Source of the DNA: a virus
Direction: 5' to 3' (one strand)
Length of the DNA: 64,000 nucleotides
Virus record (IMG/VR): IMGVR_UViG_3300042503_000983
Span: 1-64,000 of that record
The position numbers and the translations under genes were made by a program. The notes under the pieces are model-generated. The model was not told the origin of the DNA, did not search any database, and saw only the letters and a program-made list of their open reading frames with translations. Below, piece after piece: positions 41,261 through 50,852 of this stretch (the stretch's first letter is position 1; every line of letters starts with the position of its first letter).

Positions 41261-43034
41261 TATTAGTGACTTTATGGAGGCTCTTGATGAGTCACCTTTT
41301 GCAGAAACTCCTGTTGATGTTGTAACTTTTGTTACTGGAGAAAAGTTTTTAAATCAGCCAGACCTATCTGAGTATCAATACACCCTTGTTGAATGTATGA
41401 GTCAAATTTTTGAAGAAAAAGATTTGATTAGATTTATGGGAGAAGAGGCTGGTAAAGAACATTATAAAAAATATACCAAGAGCGAGATTATCATGCAGCT
41501 TGGAAAAGGTAGCGGAAAAGACTACACCTCTACAGTAGGATGTTCTTATTTAGTTTATAAGCTACTATGCTTAAAAGATCCATCAAGATATTTTGGCAAA
41601 CCATCTAATGATGCTATTGATATTATGAATGTTGCTATCAATGCTCAACAGGCTAAGAATGTTTTCTTCAAAGGATTTAGAAGTAAGATAGAAGGATCTC
41701 CGTGGTTTGCGGGAAAGTTTTCTGCTCCAAAAATTGATAGTATTGAGTTTGACAAAGCAATTACCGTTTACTCTGGTCACTCTGAAAGAGAGTCTGCTGA
41801 AGGTTTGAACTTAATGCTTGCAATCCTTGATGAGATTTCTGGCTTTGCAATGGAGTCTGCAAGTGGAAACGATCATGCTAAGACGGCTGATAATATTTAT
41901 AAAGCATTTCGTGGATCTGTTGACTCACGTTTTCCAGACTTTGGAAAAGTTGTTCTATTGTCATTCCCTCGTTTTAAAGGTGACTTTATTTCAACAAGGT
42001 ATGAAGATGTTATTGCAGAAAAAGAAACTGTGGTTAGGTCACATGAATTTATTTTAAACCCTGCCCTATCAGAAGATGATCCTCAAAATAAGTTTACTGT
42101 AGAGTGGGACGAGGATCATATCAACTCATACAAGCTCCCTGGAGTTTTTGCACTTAAGAGACCAACTTGGGAAATTAATCCAACAAGAAAAATTGAAGAT
42201 TTTAAGTTAGCATTTTTTACAGATATGGCTGATGCACTAATGCGTTTTGCCTGTATGCCAACTACATCATCTGATGCATTTTTTAAGAACAGGGAAAAGC
42301 TAGGGATGGCTTTTAAAAAGAATAATCCAATTGATAGTGCAAAAAGAATAGAAGAATCTTTTGTTCCAGATGCAGAGACAACATACTATGTTCATGCTGA
42401 CCTTGCTCAAAAACATGATAAGTGTGCTGTAGCAATATCCCATGTTGACAAGTGGGTAAGCGTACAGTCTTTTAATGGATATGAACAAGTAGTTCCATTC
42501 GTTGTTGTTGATGCGATAGTTTATTGGGAGCCAAGGAAAGAAGGTCCAGTAGATTTATCAGAAGTAAAAAACTGGATCATTAATCTTAGAAGACTTGGAT
42601 TTAATTTAGGAATGGTTACTTTTGACCGTTGGAATTCTTTTGACATTCAAAGAGACTTGACAAGTGTTGGAATTAAAACAGAAACTCTTTCGGTAGCTAA
42701 AAAGCACTACGAAGATCTTTCTATGCTGGTTTATGAAGAAAGAGTTGTTCTTCCTCAAATAGATTTATTACTTGAAGAAATGCAGGAACTTAGAATTATG
42801 AATAATAATAGAGTAGATCACCCTAGAAAGAAGTCTAAGGACCTTGCAGATGCTATGTGTGGCTCAGTATATAATGCAATTAGTCATACAAGAAGAGAAA
42901 AAATTCAGGAAGTAGAAGTTCATACTTATAAGTCTCGTCCAAAGGTTGACAAGGACGATGAAAAAATGGTACAATCGAAACCTGAAATGACAGAAGATAT
43001 TAAAGAATATCTTATGAACTTTAATTTAATTTAG
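41250..43034 (+). CDS. terL: Terminase large subunit
   Basis: GKGSGKD, ILDE, LLSFP; nuclease HADLA...FDRW...KDLADA. Confidence 0.93.
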   Translation: MTIDISDFMEALDESPFAETPVDVVTFVTGEKFLNQPDLSEYQYTLVECMSQIFEEKDLIRFMGEEAGKEHYKKYTKSEIIMQLGKGSGKDYTSTVGCSYLVYKLLCLKDPSRYFGKPSNDAIDIMNVAINAQQAKNVFFKGFRSKIEGSPWFAGKFSAPKIDSIEFDKAITVYSGHSERESAEGLNLMLAILDEISGFAMESASGNDHAKTADNIYKAFRGSVDSRFPDFGKVVLLSFPRFKGDFISTRYEDVIAEKETVVRSHEFILNPALSEDDPQNKFTVEWDEDHINSYKLPGVFALKRPTWEINPTRKIEDFKLAFFTDMADALMRFACMPTTSSDAFFKNREKLGMAFKKNNPIDSAKRIEESFVPDAETTYYVHADLAQKHDKCAVAISHVDKWVSVQSFNGYEQVVPFVVVDAIVYWEPRKEGPVDLSEVKNWIINLRRLGFNLGMVTFDRWNSFDIQRDLTSVGIKTETLSVAKKHYEDLSMLVYEERVVLPQIDLLLEEMQELRIMNNNRVDHPRKKSKDLADAMCGSVYNAISHTRREKIQEVEVHTYKSRPKVDKDDEKMVQSKPEMTEDIKEYLMNFNLI

Positions 43035-43049
43035 TAGAAATGGAAAATA

Positions 43050-44063
43050 ATGAGTAAGAGAGTTCTTTTAACTGGTGCTAGTGGTTTTGTTGGAAGCCAT
43101 GTATTGAGACACCTATTGGTTAACACAGATTGGTTTATTGTTTGTCCAACTACATTTACACACAAAGGTTTGACAGATAGAATTAACGTTGCTTGTGACG
43201 ATTTTCCAGATGCTTACAAACGTATCAAGGTAATTAAGACAGACTTAACAGCTCCAATTTCTCCAGTAACTTATCATGCATTTGGAGAAATTGATTATGT
43301 TATAAATGTTGCTAGTGAAAGTCATGTTGATAGAAGTATTGAAGAGCCTACTCCTTTTATCTTAAACAATGTTTCTTTAATATGTAATCTGCTTGATTGG
43401 GCAAGAGTTTCAAAACCAGAAAAGTTTTTGCATATATCAACTGATGAAGTTTATGGTCCAGCTCCAAAGGGACACGCTCACAAAGAATGGGTAGATCAAT
43501 ACTTCCCAAGCAATCCATACTCTGCTTCTAAAGCAGCACAAGAAAGCATTGCGTTTTCATACTGGAGAACATACGGTGTTCCAGTTGCAATTACAAACAC
43601 AATGAATATTATTGGAGAAACTCAGGATACCGAAAAGTTTATGCCAATGGTAATTAAAAAGGTTCTTAATGGCGATACAATGAAGATACATGCATCTCCA
43701 GAGGGAGAAGTTGGAAGTCGCTTTTATCTACATGCTAGAAATCAAGCAGATGGTCTTTTGCACGTTCTTAAGCAGCACTTCCCAGCCTACGGAGAATCTG
43801 ATGTTCCAGCAAAGTTTCACATTGTTGGTGAAAGAGAAGTTGACAATTTAGAAATGGCTCAGTTAATTGCTTCAGCAGTAGGAAAGCCTTTACGCTATGA
43901 GTTAGAAGACTTTCATTCATCACGTCCAGGACACGATCTAAGGTACGCCTTGGATGGAAAAAAGATAGCTGACACAGGATGGGTATCACCAATGCCACTA
44001 GAAGAATCTATTAGAAAGACAGTTGAGTGGACTCTTAAGCATCCAGAATGGCTTAATTTGTGA
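43050..44063 (+). CDS. rmlB: dTDP-glucose 4,6-dehydratase-like NDP-sugar enzyme
   Basis: TGASGFVG, ESHVDRSI, STDEVYG, YSASK, RPGHDLRY; upstream TTGACA-18-TACAAT. Confidence 0.9.
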   Translation: MSKRVLLTGASGFVGSHVLRHLLVNTDWFIVCPTTFTHKGLTDRINVACDDFPDAYKRIKVIKTDLTAPISPVTYHAFGEIDYVINVASESHVDRSIEEPTPFILNNVSLICNLLDWARVSKPEKFLHISTDEVYGPAPKGHAHKEWVDQYFPSNPYSASKAAQESIAFSYWRTYGVPVAITNTMNIIGETQDTEKFMPMVIKKVLNGDTMKIHASPEGEVGSRFYLHARNQADGLLHVLKQHFPAYGESDVPAKFHIVGEREVDNLEMAQLIASAVGKPLRYELEDFHSSRPGHDLRYALDGKKIADTGWVSPMPLEESIRKTVEWTLKHPEWLNL

Positions 44064-45091
44064 AAGAGTACTTAGTTAACAACGACATTTGTTTTGATGA
44101 TATCTTAATGGTTCCACAGTACTCAGAGGTAATAAGTAGATCTTTGGTGGACTTAAAAATGCATACTGGTGGATACACATGGTTAGACCTACCAGTAATT
44201 GCTTCTCCTATGGATACTGTTTGTGAAAAAGATATGGCAATTGCAATTGCTGAATCTGGTGGTATTGGAATTATTCATAGATTTATGTCAGTAAAAAATC
44301 AGATAAAAATGGTTGAACAGGTTTTTAGCCATAAGAATCTTGGACTTCCTGTTGGTGCAGCTTTGTCAACTAACTTTATTGAAGAGCATGTTGATAAGTT
44401 AATTAAAGCAGGAGCTTCAATGCTTTTAATTGATACTGCTAATGGTCATAGTAAAGTAGCAATTGATGCAGTTGCTAGGCTTAAAAACCTTGTTGAAGAT
44501 TCTGTTCATATTATGGCTGGAAATGTTGCTACCGTTGAAGGTTATATTGCATTAGATTCTGCAGGTGCTGATTCTATTAGAGTTGGCATTGGTGGAGGTA
44601 GCATGTGCACAACAAGGATTGTATCTGGTCATGGTATTCCAACACTATCTTCAATTATAAACGTGCGAGAGGCAAAAGATAAGTTTGGCTTAAATGCTGC
44701 TATTGTAGCAGATGGTGGCATTAGAAATACTGGAGACATGGTTAAAGCATTTGCAGCAGGAGCAGACTCCGTGATGCTTGGCTCAATGTTGGCTGGTACT
44801 GATGAATCTCCAGGATCTTTACATTTTAAAGGTGATAAAAAATTTAAAGTATTTAGGGGAATGGCTAGTAAAGAAGCTAATAAAGATAAAGACATTGCAG
44901 TTGCAGAAGGAATCTCTACAATGATTCCATACAAAGGATCTGTAAAAGATATTTTTAAAGATATTAAGGGTGGCATTGGAAGTGGATGCTCCTATAGTGG
45001 AGTAGACTATCTTTGCAATTTATATCAAGAATCTATGTATGTTAGGGTATCGCCACTAACTGTAAAGGAGTCAATGCCACATGGAAAATAA
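44060..45091 (+). CDS. guaB: IMP dehydrogenase/GMP reductase family, no CBS domain
   Basis: [35 protein letters not shown]. Confidence 0.9.
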   Translation: MKEYLVNNDICFDDILMVPQYSEVISRSLVDLKMHTGGYTWLDLPVIASPMDTVCEKDMAIAIAESGGIGIIHRFMSVKNQIKMVEQVFSHKNLGLPVGAALSTNFIEEHVDKLIKAGASMLLIDTANGHSKVAIDAVARLKNLVEDSVHIMAGNVATVEGYIALDSAGADSIRVGIGGGSMCTTRIVSGHGIPTLSSIINVREAKDKFGLNAAIVADGGIRNTGDMVKAFAAGADSVMLGSMLAGTDESPGSLHFKGDKKFKVFRGMASKEANKDKDIAVAEGISTMIPYKGSVKDIFKDIKGGIGSGCSYSGVDYLCNLYQESMYVRVSPLTVKESMPHGK

Positions 45092-45440
45092 TGAAGAAAT
45101 AAATGAGCAAGAACTTTCAGAAATGATTGAGTACCTTATTGAACTAGGTGCTATGGAAATTATGGGGTACGACTCTGTATCAGATAATTTTACATACAGA
45201 ATTACTTCAAAGTGTAAAGAGATATATCCAGAACTATATTACTCACACTATGAGGCTGTTGGAGAGCTAGCACAAAGCCTTTGGATGCAAGATATTATTG
45301 ACATAGTATTTACTGAGGGTGAAACAATTGTTGGCGTTACTCAAGAACAGATAGATTTTATAAAAGAAACCATGCACACTTTTACTGATGATGAAAGATT
45401 TTTTCTTGAAACAATTTTATCCCACTACGATCAAAAATAA
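45081..45440 (+). CDS. Acidic hypothetical protein
   Basis: RBS AAGGAG; overlaps the guaB stop. Confidence 0.65.
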   Translation: MENNEEINEQELSEMIEYLIELGAMEIMGYDSVSDNFTYRITSKCKEIYPELYYSHYEAVGELAQSLWMQDIIDIVFTEGETIVGVTQEQIDFIKETMHTFTDDERFFLETILSHYDQK

Positions 45441-45454
45441 GATATAATGTAGTT

Positions 45455-46660
45455 ATGAGTATTATCAAGGCTGATGAGTGGGAGGGTGAACCCCTTTACA
45501 ATATGCTTTCAGAAGATGAAAAGGCTTTTGCAGACTCATTACTAAAATTAACAGAAGACGTTGGACCACTAGATCAATCAGAGGGTATCTGGATTGGATA
45601 TGAAGATGGTGCTAATAATGAAAATCTTTCAATTGGTGTTAAGTGTGGAAACTGTGCTCTTCACAAATCTGCTATTGCTTGTGCAATAATTTCACAACAG
45701 ATTGAAGAAAATGGTATTTGTAGACTTGCAGTAATTCCAGACGGATATGTAAATTCTGATATGAAAAATTCTGGAGAAGAGTTTGAAGAAATGAATCCTG
45801 AAATGTATAAGTCTGATAATGAAGATGAAGATAAGTGGGACAACCTAGAAAAGAAATGCTGGGTTGGATACAGACAAGATGGAATGAAAGAAAAGAATGG
45901 AAGAATGGTTCCAAACTGTGTACCAGTTAAAAAATCAGAAGATGGCGTTCTTGGAAATGATGACACTCCAAATAAAAATCCTCACAGCATGGAAGATTGT
46001 ACAGATAAAAATTGTCCAGAGCATCATATGGGAAAGAAAGATTACTCTGATAAAGAAAGACAGATGCTAGCTCGTAGAGACATGGCTTTACCTGATGGAT
46101 CTTTTCCAATTGTTACGGTGGCAGATTTAAGTAATGCAATTCAAGCAGTTGGACGTGCCTCAAATTACTCAAGGGCTCGTAATCATATCATTAGAAGAGC
46201 CAAAGCCCTTAACAGAGAAGACTTACTTCCAGAAGATTGGAAGCCAAAGTCTGCAAGAAAGTCTTTTGAAATTGAAAAAAGAGATGTATCAGATATTGAT
46301 TTAAAGCCAACTGAAACAATGGCTAACAATGCAAAAAGAGGTCTTGAGCTTAGAGCTAAGTTTGGTAGAGGTGGAACTGCAGTTGGAGTTGCTCGTGCTC
46401 GTGATCTAAGTAACCGTACAAATCTAAGCCCAGAAACTGTTGCAAGAATGTATTCTTTTTTCTCAAGACATGAGGTAGATAAAAAGGGTAAAGATTGGGA
46501 CAATGCAGAGCGTCCATCAAATGGTAAGATAGCCTGGCTACTCTGGGGTGGAGATGCTGGATATGCTTGGTCAACACAAAAATGGAAAGCTATTCAAAAT
46601 GCAAGAGCATCTAAATCAGATGACACTTGGAAAGACTCACCATTTTCTTTTTATAAATAA
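45455..46660 (+). CDS. Multi-domain protein (HiPIP-like Cys4, CWxGY..VPNC, LPDGSFPI and WLLWGG modules), possibly a capsid-internal polyprotein
   Basis: Leaderless start; modules separated by xxK[SAKR] linkers. Confidence 0.7.
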   Translation: MSIIKADEWEGEPLYNMLSEDEKAFADSLLKLTEDVGPLDQSEGIWIGYEDGANNENLSIGVKCGNCALHKSAIACAIISQQIEENGICRLAVIPDGYVNSDMKNSGEEFEEMNPEMYKSDNEDEDKWDNLEKKCWVGYRQDGMKEKNGRMVPNCVPVKKSEDGVLGNDDTPNKNPHSMEDCTDKNCPEHHMGKKDYSDKERQMLARRDMALPDGSFPIVTVADLSNAIQAVGRASNYSRARNHIIRRAKALNREDLLPEDWKPKSARKSFEIEKRDVSDIDLKPTETMANNAKRGLELRAKFGRGGTAVGVARARDLSNRTNLSPETVARMYSFFSRHEVDKKGKDWDNAERPSNGKIAWLLWGGDAGYAWSTQKWKAIQNARASKSDDTWKDSPFSFYK

Positions 46661-46672
46661 TTGGAGGCAGTT

Positions 46673-47035
46673 ATGAAAAAAATATCCCCCTTTAGAACTT
46701 TTTCAGGATGCCTAGTTGCCATAAACTTTTTTGCAGTAAATGTATTTGTTCTAATAGAATCTTTTTATAGAAAAGATGAGTTAGAAATATTCTTCACCAA
46801 ATCCTTGCCAAACTCTACAAAGAGCCAGCTAGACAAGGTTCTAGATGAAGAGACTGTAAGGGTAGCCATTCAAGATAATAGTGCCTATTGGGTGGTAGAC
46901 AACATACTTTACAAGTGTGACATAAATGAAGAAGGAAGAATTGATAATGAAAATGCTGAAAAGGTTGACGTTTTTAACTTATCAGAAAAAGAAATAAGTA
47001 ATTTAATTTCTATAATAGATAGCATAAATAGCTAA
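46673..47035 (+). CDS. Hypothetical protein with N-terminal hydrophobic segment
   Basis: RBS GGAGG before ATG 46673. Confidence 0.65.
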   Translation: MKKISPFRTFSGCLVAINFFAVNVFVLIESFYRKDELEIFFTKSLPNSTKSQLDKVLDEETVRVAIQDNSAYWVVDNILYKCDINEEGRIDNENAEKVDVFNLSEKEISNLISIIDSINS

Positions 47036-47041
47036 ATAAAG

Positions 47042-47070
47042 TTGACAAAGGTCAAATAAAAATGTATAAT
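47042..47070 (+). promoter_or_regulatory. Consensus sigma70-type promoter
   Basis: TTGACA-17-TATAAT; the -35 is part of the palindrome TTGAC-AAAG-GTCAA. Confidence 0.85.
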
Positions 47071-47096
47071 AGTGTTTTAAGAGAAAAGGTATAGCC

Positions 47097-47447
47097 ATGG
47101 TTATTGTAGTTGAGGGAACAAAAGCGTTCTCTGATTATGAAATATTTATGAGAGCAATGACAGTAGCTTTGTCAACTCCAAATGATAACAATCAAATTCA
47201 GGTATGGAGTCTTGGACCTCATAAGATTAATAATTTTACTGCATCTTTTTGTAACTCTTCAGAAAATTATTTAAAGCAAAAAGGTTTTAAGGTTTCTTTT
47301 TCCAAGGTTGCTGAACAATGGGTTAGACAAAATATTGAGCATATAACATATTATGCATATTTTAGTTTGCCAAAAGAACCGTTGTCAAAATTTGCAACAC
47401 ACATGGAACATCAAGAAGATATTGAGATGGGAATATTTAGATACTAA
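47097..47447 (+). CDS. SLOG/YspA-like protein (divergent)
   Basis: IVVEGTKAFSDYE N-terminus. Confidence 0.5.
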   Translation: MVIVVEGTKAFSDYEIFMRAMTVALSTPNDNNQIQVWSLGPHKINNFTASFCNSSENYLKQKGFKVSFSKVAEQWVRQNIEHITYYAYFSLPKEPLSKFATHMEHQEDIEMGIFRY

Positions 47448-47710
47448 TGAGTCTTTCAACCTGGTCACTAATAGTTTTTACAGCACACTGTTTATTTTAT
47501 TCTTCAATGTTTATTGCAGTTACATTTAAAGCAAGTGTAACTAAAATATCTTTGATGATTATTTTTTGGATTATAAATCAAGTAGTAATTCTTTGGTATG
47601 GCATTGCAACAAATCAAATAGGGTTCATTTTAATATTTATATTGCAATTTATTGTCACCCTATTAACATTAATCATTACTACAGAAAGATCTATTAGTGA
47701 AAATATCTGA
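47447..47710 (+). CDS. Small three-helix membrane protein
   Basis: Three hydrophobic segments; LWYGIATNQIGF. Confidence 0.65.
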   Translation: MSLSTWSLIVFTAHCLFYSSMFIAVTFKASVTKISLMIIFWIINQVVILWYGIATNQIGFILIFILQFIVTLLTLIITTERSISENI

Positions 47711-47924
47711 TCTAAATAAAATGGAATCAATAGTAGGTAACAACCCTTCTTTAAAATGGGAAGGTTGGAGCGTAGTATTTATTGAAGAGGATGGAGATGC
47801 TAACTTGAAAAAGAATGCAGCCTTCATTGACTCTAAGTGGCACAAGAAGATTGTGTTTGAAAATATTGATGGGGTATGGGATATTCCAGACTCTATATTA
47901 AGGAAGGGCGATGTACAAGTTTGA
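47697..47924 (+). CDS. Hypothetical protein
   Basis: Overlapping operon gene; WEGW...GVWDIP. Confidence 0.65.
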   Translation: MKISDLNKMESIVGNNPSLKWEGWSVVFIEEDGDANLKKNAAFIDSKWHKKIVFENIDGVWDIPDSILRKGDVQV

Positions 47925-48192
47925 TGAAAAAGCTTTATGCCTTAATATGGATACAAATCTTTTCTTTGATCAATATGAAGAAAATCCAGAAGTTTCAAAA
48001 AAAGTAGATCTTTTATGTATAAAATGTCCAGCACAAAGACAGTGCCTAGCTTATGGAGTCAGTAATTCTGAGTGGGGTGTTTGGGGCGGTGTTTACCTAG
48101 AAGGTGGAAAGATATCTAAAGAGTTTAACAGTCATAAAGAAAAGACTGACTGGTTTAATGTTTGGTCTGGAATAACTTTGGAAAATAGCTAA
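47911..48192 (+). CDS. whiB: WhiB-family Fe-S transcription factor
   Basis: C...LFF...CxxCP...C...GVWGG. Confidence 0.92.
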   Translation: MYKFDEKALCLNMDTNLFFDQYEENPEVSKKVDLLCIKCPAQRQCLAYGVSNSEWGVWGGVYLEGGKISKEFNSHKEKTDWFNVWSGITLENS

Positions 48193-48440
48193 TGTACACA
48201 GCACAAATGAAAAAGGCTGTACACTCAGTAAAGCCTCCAAATGATTTTCACATGGACATAGTTGACTACAAACACTTCCTTGCTATACAATTTTATGAGA
48301 GTCATTGGAGACATATGAACGACTCAGAAAGACTTCGTTGTATAAAGTATATGACGAAAATAAAAACAATGCTGGAGAGTCTTGGAGCACAGGTAGCCCT
48401 GGATCCAATTCTTGACATAACACACCCAGGTAAGGGTTAA
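48192..48440 (+). CDS. Hypothetical protein
   Basis: TAATG-coupled to whiB. Confidence 0.65.
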   Translation: MYTAQMKKAVHSVKPPNDFHMDIVDYKHFLAIQFYESHWRHMNDSERLRCIKYMTKIKTMLESLGAQVALDPILDITHPGKG

Positions 48441-48450
48441 GGAGAAAAAA

Positions 48451-48861
48451 ATGGCTACACTAATTACAGTAGTTGGAAATCTAGTAAAAGATCCAGAAAT
48501 TAAGGATCTTGGCTCTGGAAAAGTTCTTGCAAAGCTTAGAGTTGCAAGTACTGAAAGGTTTCAAGATTCTGATGGATCTTGGAAAGATGGGGACACAGCA
48601 TTCTATGATGTTGTATGTTGGAGAACGTTAGCAGAAAATGTCTCATCAAATCTTTCAAAGGGCAATAAGGTAATTGTTCATGGTAAATTAAAGTATCGTG
48701 AATTTGATCGCAAAGATGGAACAAGAGGAAATGCTTTTGAAATTGATGCCACAGATGTTGGTGCATCTTTATCAATCAAGTCTGGAACATTTAATAAAAC
48801 TAGTAATGTTTCAAACTCAACAGTTTCAGTTGGAGCAGAAGAGCCTGATCCCTGGGCTTAG
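48451..48861 (+). CDS. ssb: Bacterial-type ssDNA-binding protein
   Basis: VGNLVKDPE, VVCWRTLAENV, KGNKVIVHG; acidic tail EEPDPWA. Confidence 0.92.
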   Translation: MATLITVVGNLVKDPEIKDLGSGKVLAKLRVASTERFQDSDGSWKDGDTAFYDVVCWRTLAENVSSNLSKGNKVIVHGKLKYREFDRKDGTRGNAFEIDATDVGASLSIKSGTFNKTSNVSNSTVSVGAEEPDPWA

Positions 48862-48870
48862 TTTAATTGG

Positions 48871-48906
48871 TACTCCCTCATTATAAACATGGGGGAGTAT
48901 CTTTTA
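48871..48906 (+). terminator. Hairpin/terminator after ssb
   Basis: TACTCCCTCAT/ATGGGGGAGTA followed by TCTTTT. Confidence 0.7.
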
Positions 48907-48924
48907 TAAAAGAATGAGAGTATT

Positions 48925-49434
48925 GTGAATAAAGTTTGTTATAAATGTAAAGAAGAAAAGTCTATAGATCTTTTTTATAAGAAAAGCTCTACTAAAGATG
49001 GACTTACGTCTCATTGTAAAAAATGTATAAATTTATATAACTCTGAAAAGAAAGAACAAAAAAGAGAGTATGACTATTACTATCGTATAAGAAATAGAAA
49101 ACGAATTAAAAAAGTTAAAGACCTTTATTATTTAAATAATCATGAGTTGTATAGAGATAAAGCTCATGGTCGCAGAGCTAAAGTAAATCAAAATGGAGTT
49201 TTTAAAATACTTAGAAAAGAACTAAAAAGGTTGTATAGCTCACCATGTTTTTATTGTGGATCATTAAATAAAATTACTATAGATCATGTTATTCCAATCA
49301 GCCGTGGTGGAACTCATGGAATAGGAAATTTGGTTGCAGCCTGTGCTTTTTGCAACAGAAGTAAAAATAAAAAGTTTTTAATTGAATGGAAGAGAGATTT
49401 GACATTTTTAAAGAATTCTGGTAAAGTAGATTAA
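48925..49434 (+). CDS. Free-standing HNH endonuclease with N-terminal zinc finger
   Basis: CYKC..CKKC; CFYCG..DHVIP..GG...NLV..C..CN..K. Confidence 0.9.
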   Translation: MNKVCYKCKEEKSIDLFYKKSSTKDGLTSHCKKCINLYNSEKKEQKREYDYYYRIRNRKRIKKVKDLYYLNNHELYRDKAHGRRAKVNQNGVFKILRKELKRLYSSPCFYCGSLNKITIDHVIPISRGGTHGIGNLVAACAFCNRSKNKKFLIEWKRDLTFLKNSGKVD

Positions 49435-49607
49435 TGCCAGTATATTTATATGCATGTGAAAAATGCGAGGATAACAAAGAGTTGGTAAAGGGTATGAATG
49501 ACCCTGATCCAATAATTTGTCCAGATTGTAGTAGTAACATTAAAAGAATTTTTGGTGTAGGTGGAATTCAATTTAAAGGAAAAGGCTTTTATAGCACAGG
49601 AGGATAG
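49434..49607 (+). CDS. FmdB-family zinc-ribbon protein (57 aa, not in ORF track)
   Basis: MPVYLYACEKC...CPDC...FKGKGFYST. Confidence 0.88.
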   Translation: MPVYLYACEKCEDNKELVKGMNDPDPIICPDCSSNIKRIFGVGGIQFKGKGFYSTGG

Positions 49608-49608
49608 T

Positions 49609-49767
49609 ATGTTAAAGAATAGAGGATTTCAATACGACTTCTTTGCAGAAGAGTGGTCATTTGATTGTAGTGCATGTGGAGAAAAACTTTATGCTCCAAC
49701 CAAAAAACACATGGAAGGTAATTTCTGGATTCATACTCACTCAGATGATTGTTTAGGTGGATGGTAA
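49609..49767 (+). CDS. Small zinc-binding protein
   Basis: RBS GGAGG; CSAC...HTH...C. Confidence 0.65.
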   Translation: MLKNRGFQYDFFAEEWSFDCSACGEKLYAPTKKHMEGNFWIHTHSDDCLGGW

Positions 49768-50033
49768 TGAATAAAGAAGAACTTGAAGAAGCACTTTCAT
49801 ATATAGATGAAGAAGTTATGGTAATGGATGGTTTTGAAGAAGCATTTATAGGACTATCCTTAAGATGTGGTCAGCCAACTCTTGCAACATACTCGTGGCA
49901 AAAAATGGTAGATGTTTTAATGGACAGAGATGACATGGAATATGAAGAGGCAGTAGAATACATTTCTTACAACTGCCTTGGTGCTTGGATGGGAGAACTT
50001 ACCCCAGTTGTAGTTCTACCTTTGGAGTTTTAA
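49767..50033 (+). CDS. Phage hypothetical protein
   Basis: DGFEEAFIG...EEAVEYISYN..GAWMGE.TP. Confidence 0.75.
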   Translation: MNKEELEEALSYIDEEVMVMDGFEEAFIGLSLRCGQPTLATYSWQKMVDVLMDRDDMEYEEAVEYISYNCLGAWMGELTPVVVLPLEF

Positions 50034-50152
50034 TGTCTGATAAAAAAGAAGTATTTAATCAATGCTATATGTGTGAAGAAATGTTTATAGACATACTAGA
50101 TTTAATCAATCACATTAAGACAGTACACAAAAATGAAACAGGAGTTTTTTAA
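50033..50152 (+). CDS. 39-aa classical C2H2 zinc-finger protein (not in ORF track)
   Basis: CYMCEEMFIDILDLINHIKTVH fits C-x2-C-x3-F-x5-L-x2-H-x4-H; TAATG-coupled at both ends. Confidence 0.75.
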   Translation: MSDKKEVFNQCYMCEEMFIDILDLINHIKTVHKNETGVF

Positions 50153-50331
50153 TGTCATTAGTTGCAAAAATTAAACAAATGTTGAAAGAGTACCAAGAAG
50201 AAAATGGAACTCTTGATGATAAAGAATATGAAAAGTTATTTGTGCATTTTTATTTACAGCATGAAGATGAGTACTTAAAGAAAAGAATTAGCTCTATTAG
50301 ATCAGATGGAAAAAGTAGGAACTTTAGATGA
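50152..50331 (+). CDS. Hypothetical protein (59 aa)
   Basis: Coupled overlaps on both sides. Confidence 0.6.
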   Translation: MSLVAKIKQMLKEYQEENGTLDDKEYEKLFVHFYLQHEDEYLKKRISSIRSDGKSRNFR

Positions 50332-50609
50332 AAGTTAGAATAAGCAAGAGAGAGTATTCAGACTATATCGAAAACGATACAGACATTGCCCTTGCAGCAG
50401 AGATGGCTGTTATAGTTGCAAAGTCAAACCCGATGGTTATTGGAGAGCCTGTTGCTGAAATTAGTCCAGGATGTCCTATGGGATATGCCAGACCAAAAGT
50501 AATTCTGAACTATGATATTATTAACCCTAGTGCCTTTGATAAATTAAAAATGATTTTAACAGGAAAATCTTTAAATGATATTGTCAAAGAAATCAAGGGA
50601 GAAGTTTAA
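50328..50609 (+). CDS. Hypothetical protein
   Basis: ATGA overlap. Confidence 0.6.
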   Translation: MKVRISKREYSDYIENDTDIALAAEMAVIVAKSNPMVIGEPVAEISPGCPMGYARPKVILNYDIINPSAFDKLKMILTGKSLNDIVKEIKGEV

Positions 50610-50852
50610 ATGGATTTTGAATTACATCATGAAAAAGATGCTGGACCAATAGTTCGTTGGTTTGCAAATAAAATGTTAATCCTGTTGCATAAGGTTGAAA
50701 AGCCTTTGTATGACTATGCAGATATGTATACAGCAGTATGGGATGACTATGAAGAAGATGTGGATCTTTATACTCCTCATAATCAAATGGCATTCTTTGA
50801 TAACCTTGAACCACTGCCTCAGTTTGAGCACTTAACAGATGACCTACTATAA
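50610..50852 (+). CDS. Hypothetical protein
   Basis: RBS GGGAG; tightly packed. Confidence 0.6.
   Translation: MDFELHHEKDAGPIVRWFANKMLILLHKVEKPLYDYADMYTAVWDDYEEDVDLYTPHNQMAFFDNLEPLPQFEHLTDDLL

Noticed and set aside
29814-43034. Inteins or introns in DnaB, DnaE, RecA or terminase
   Set aside because: Lengths are normal, motifs are contiguous, and no intein splice signatures or split frames were seen
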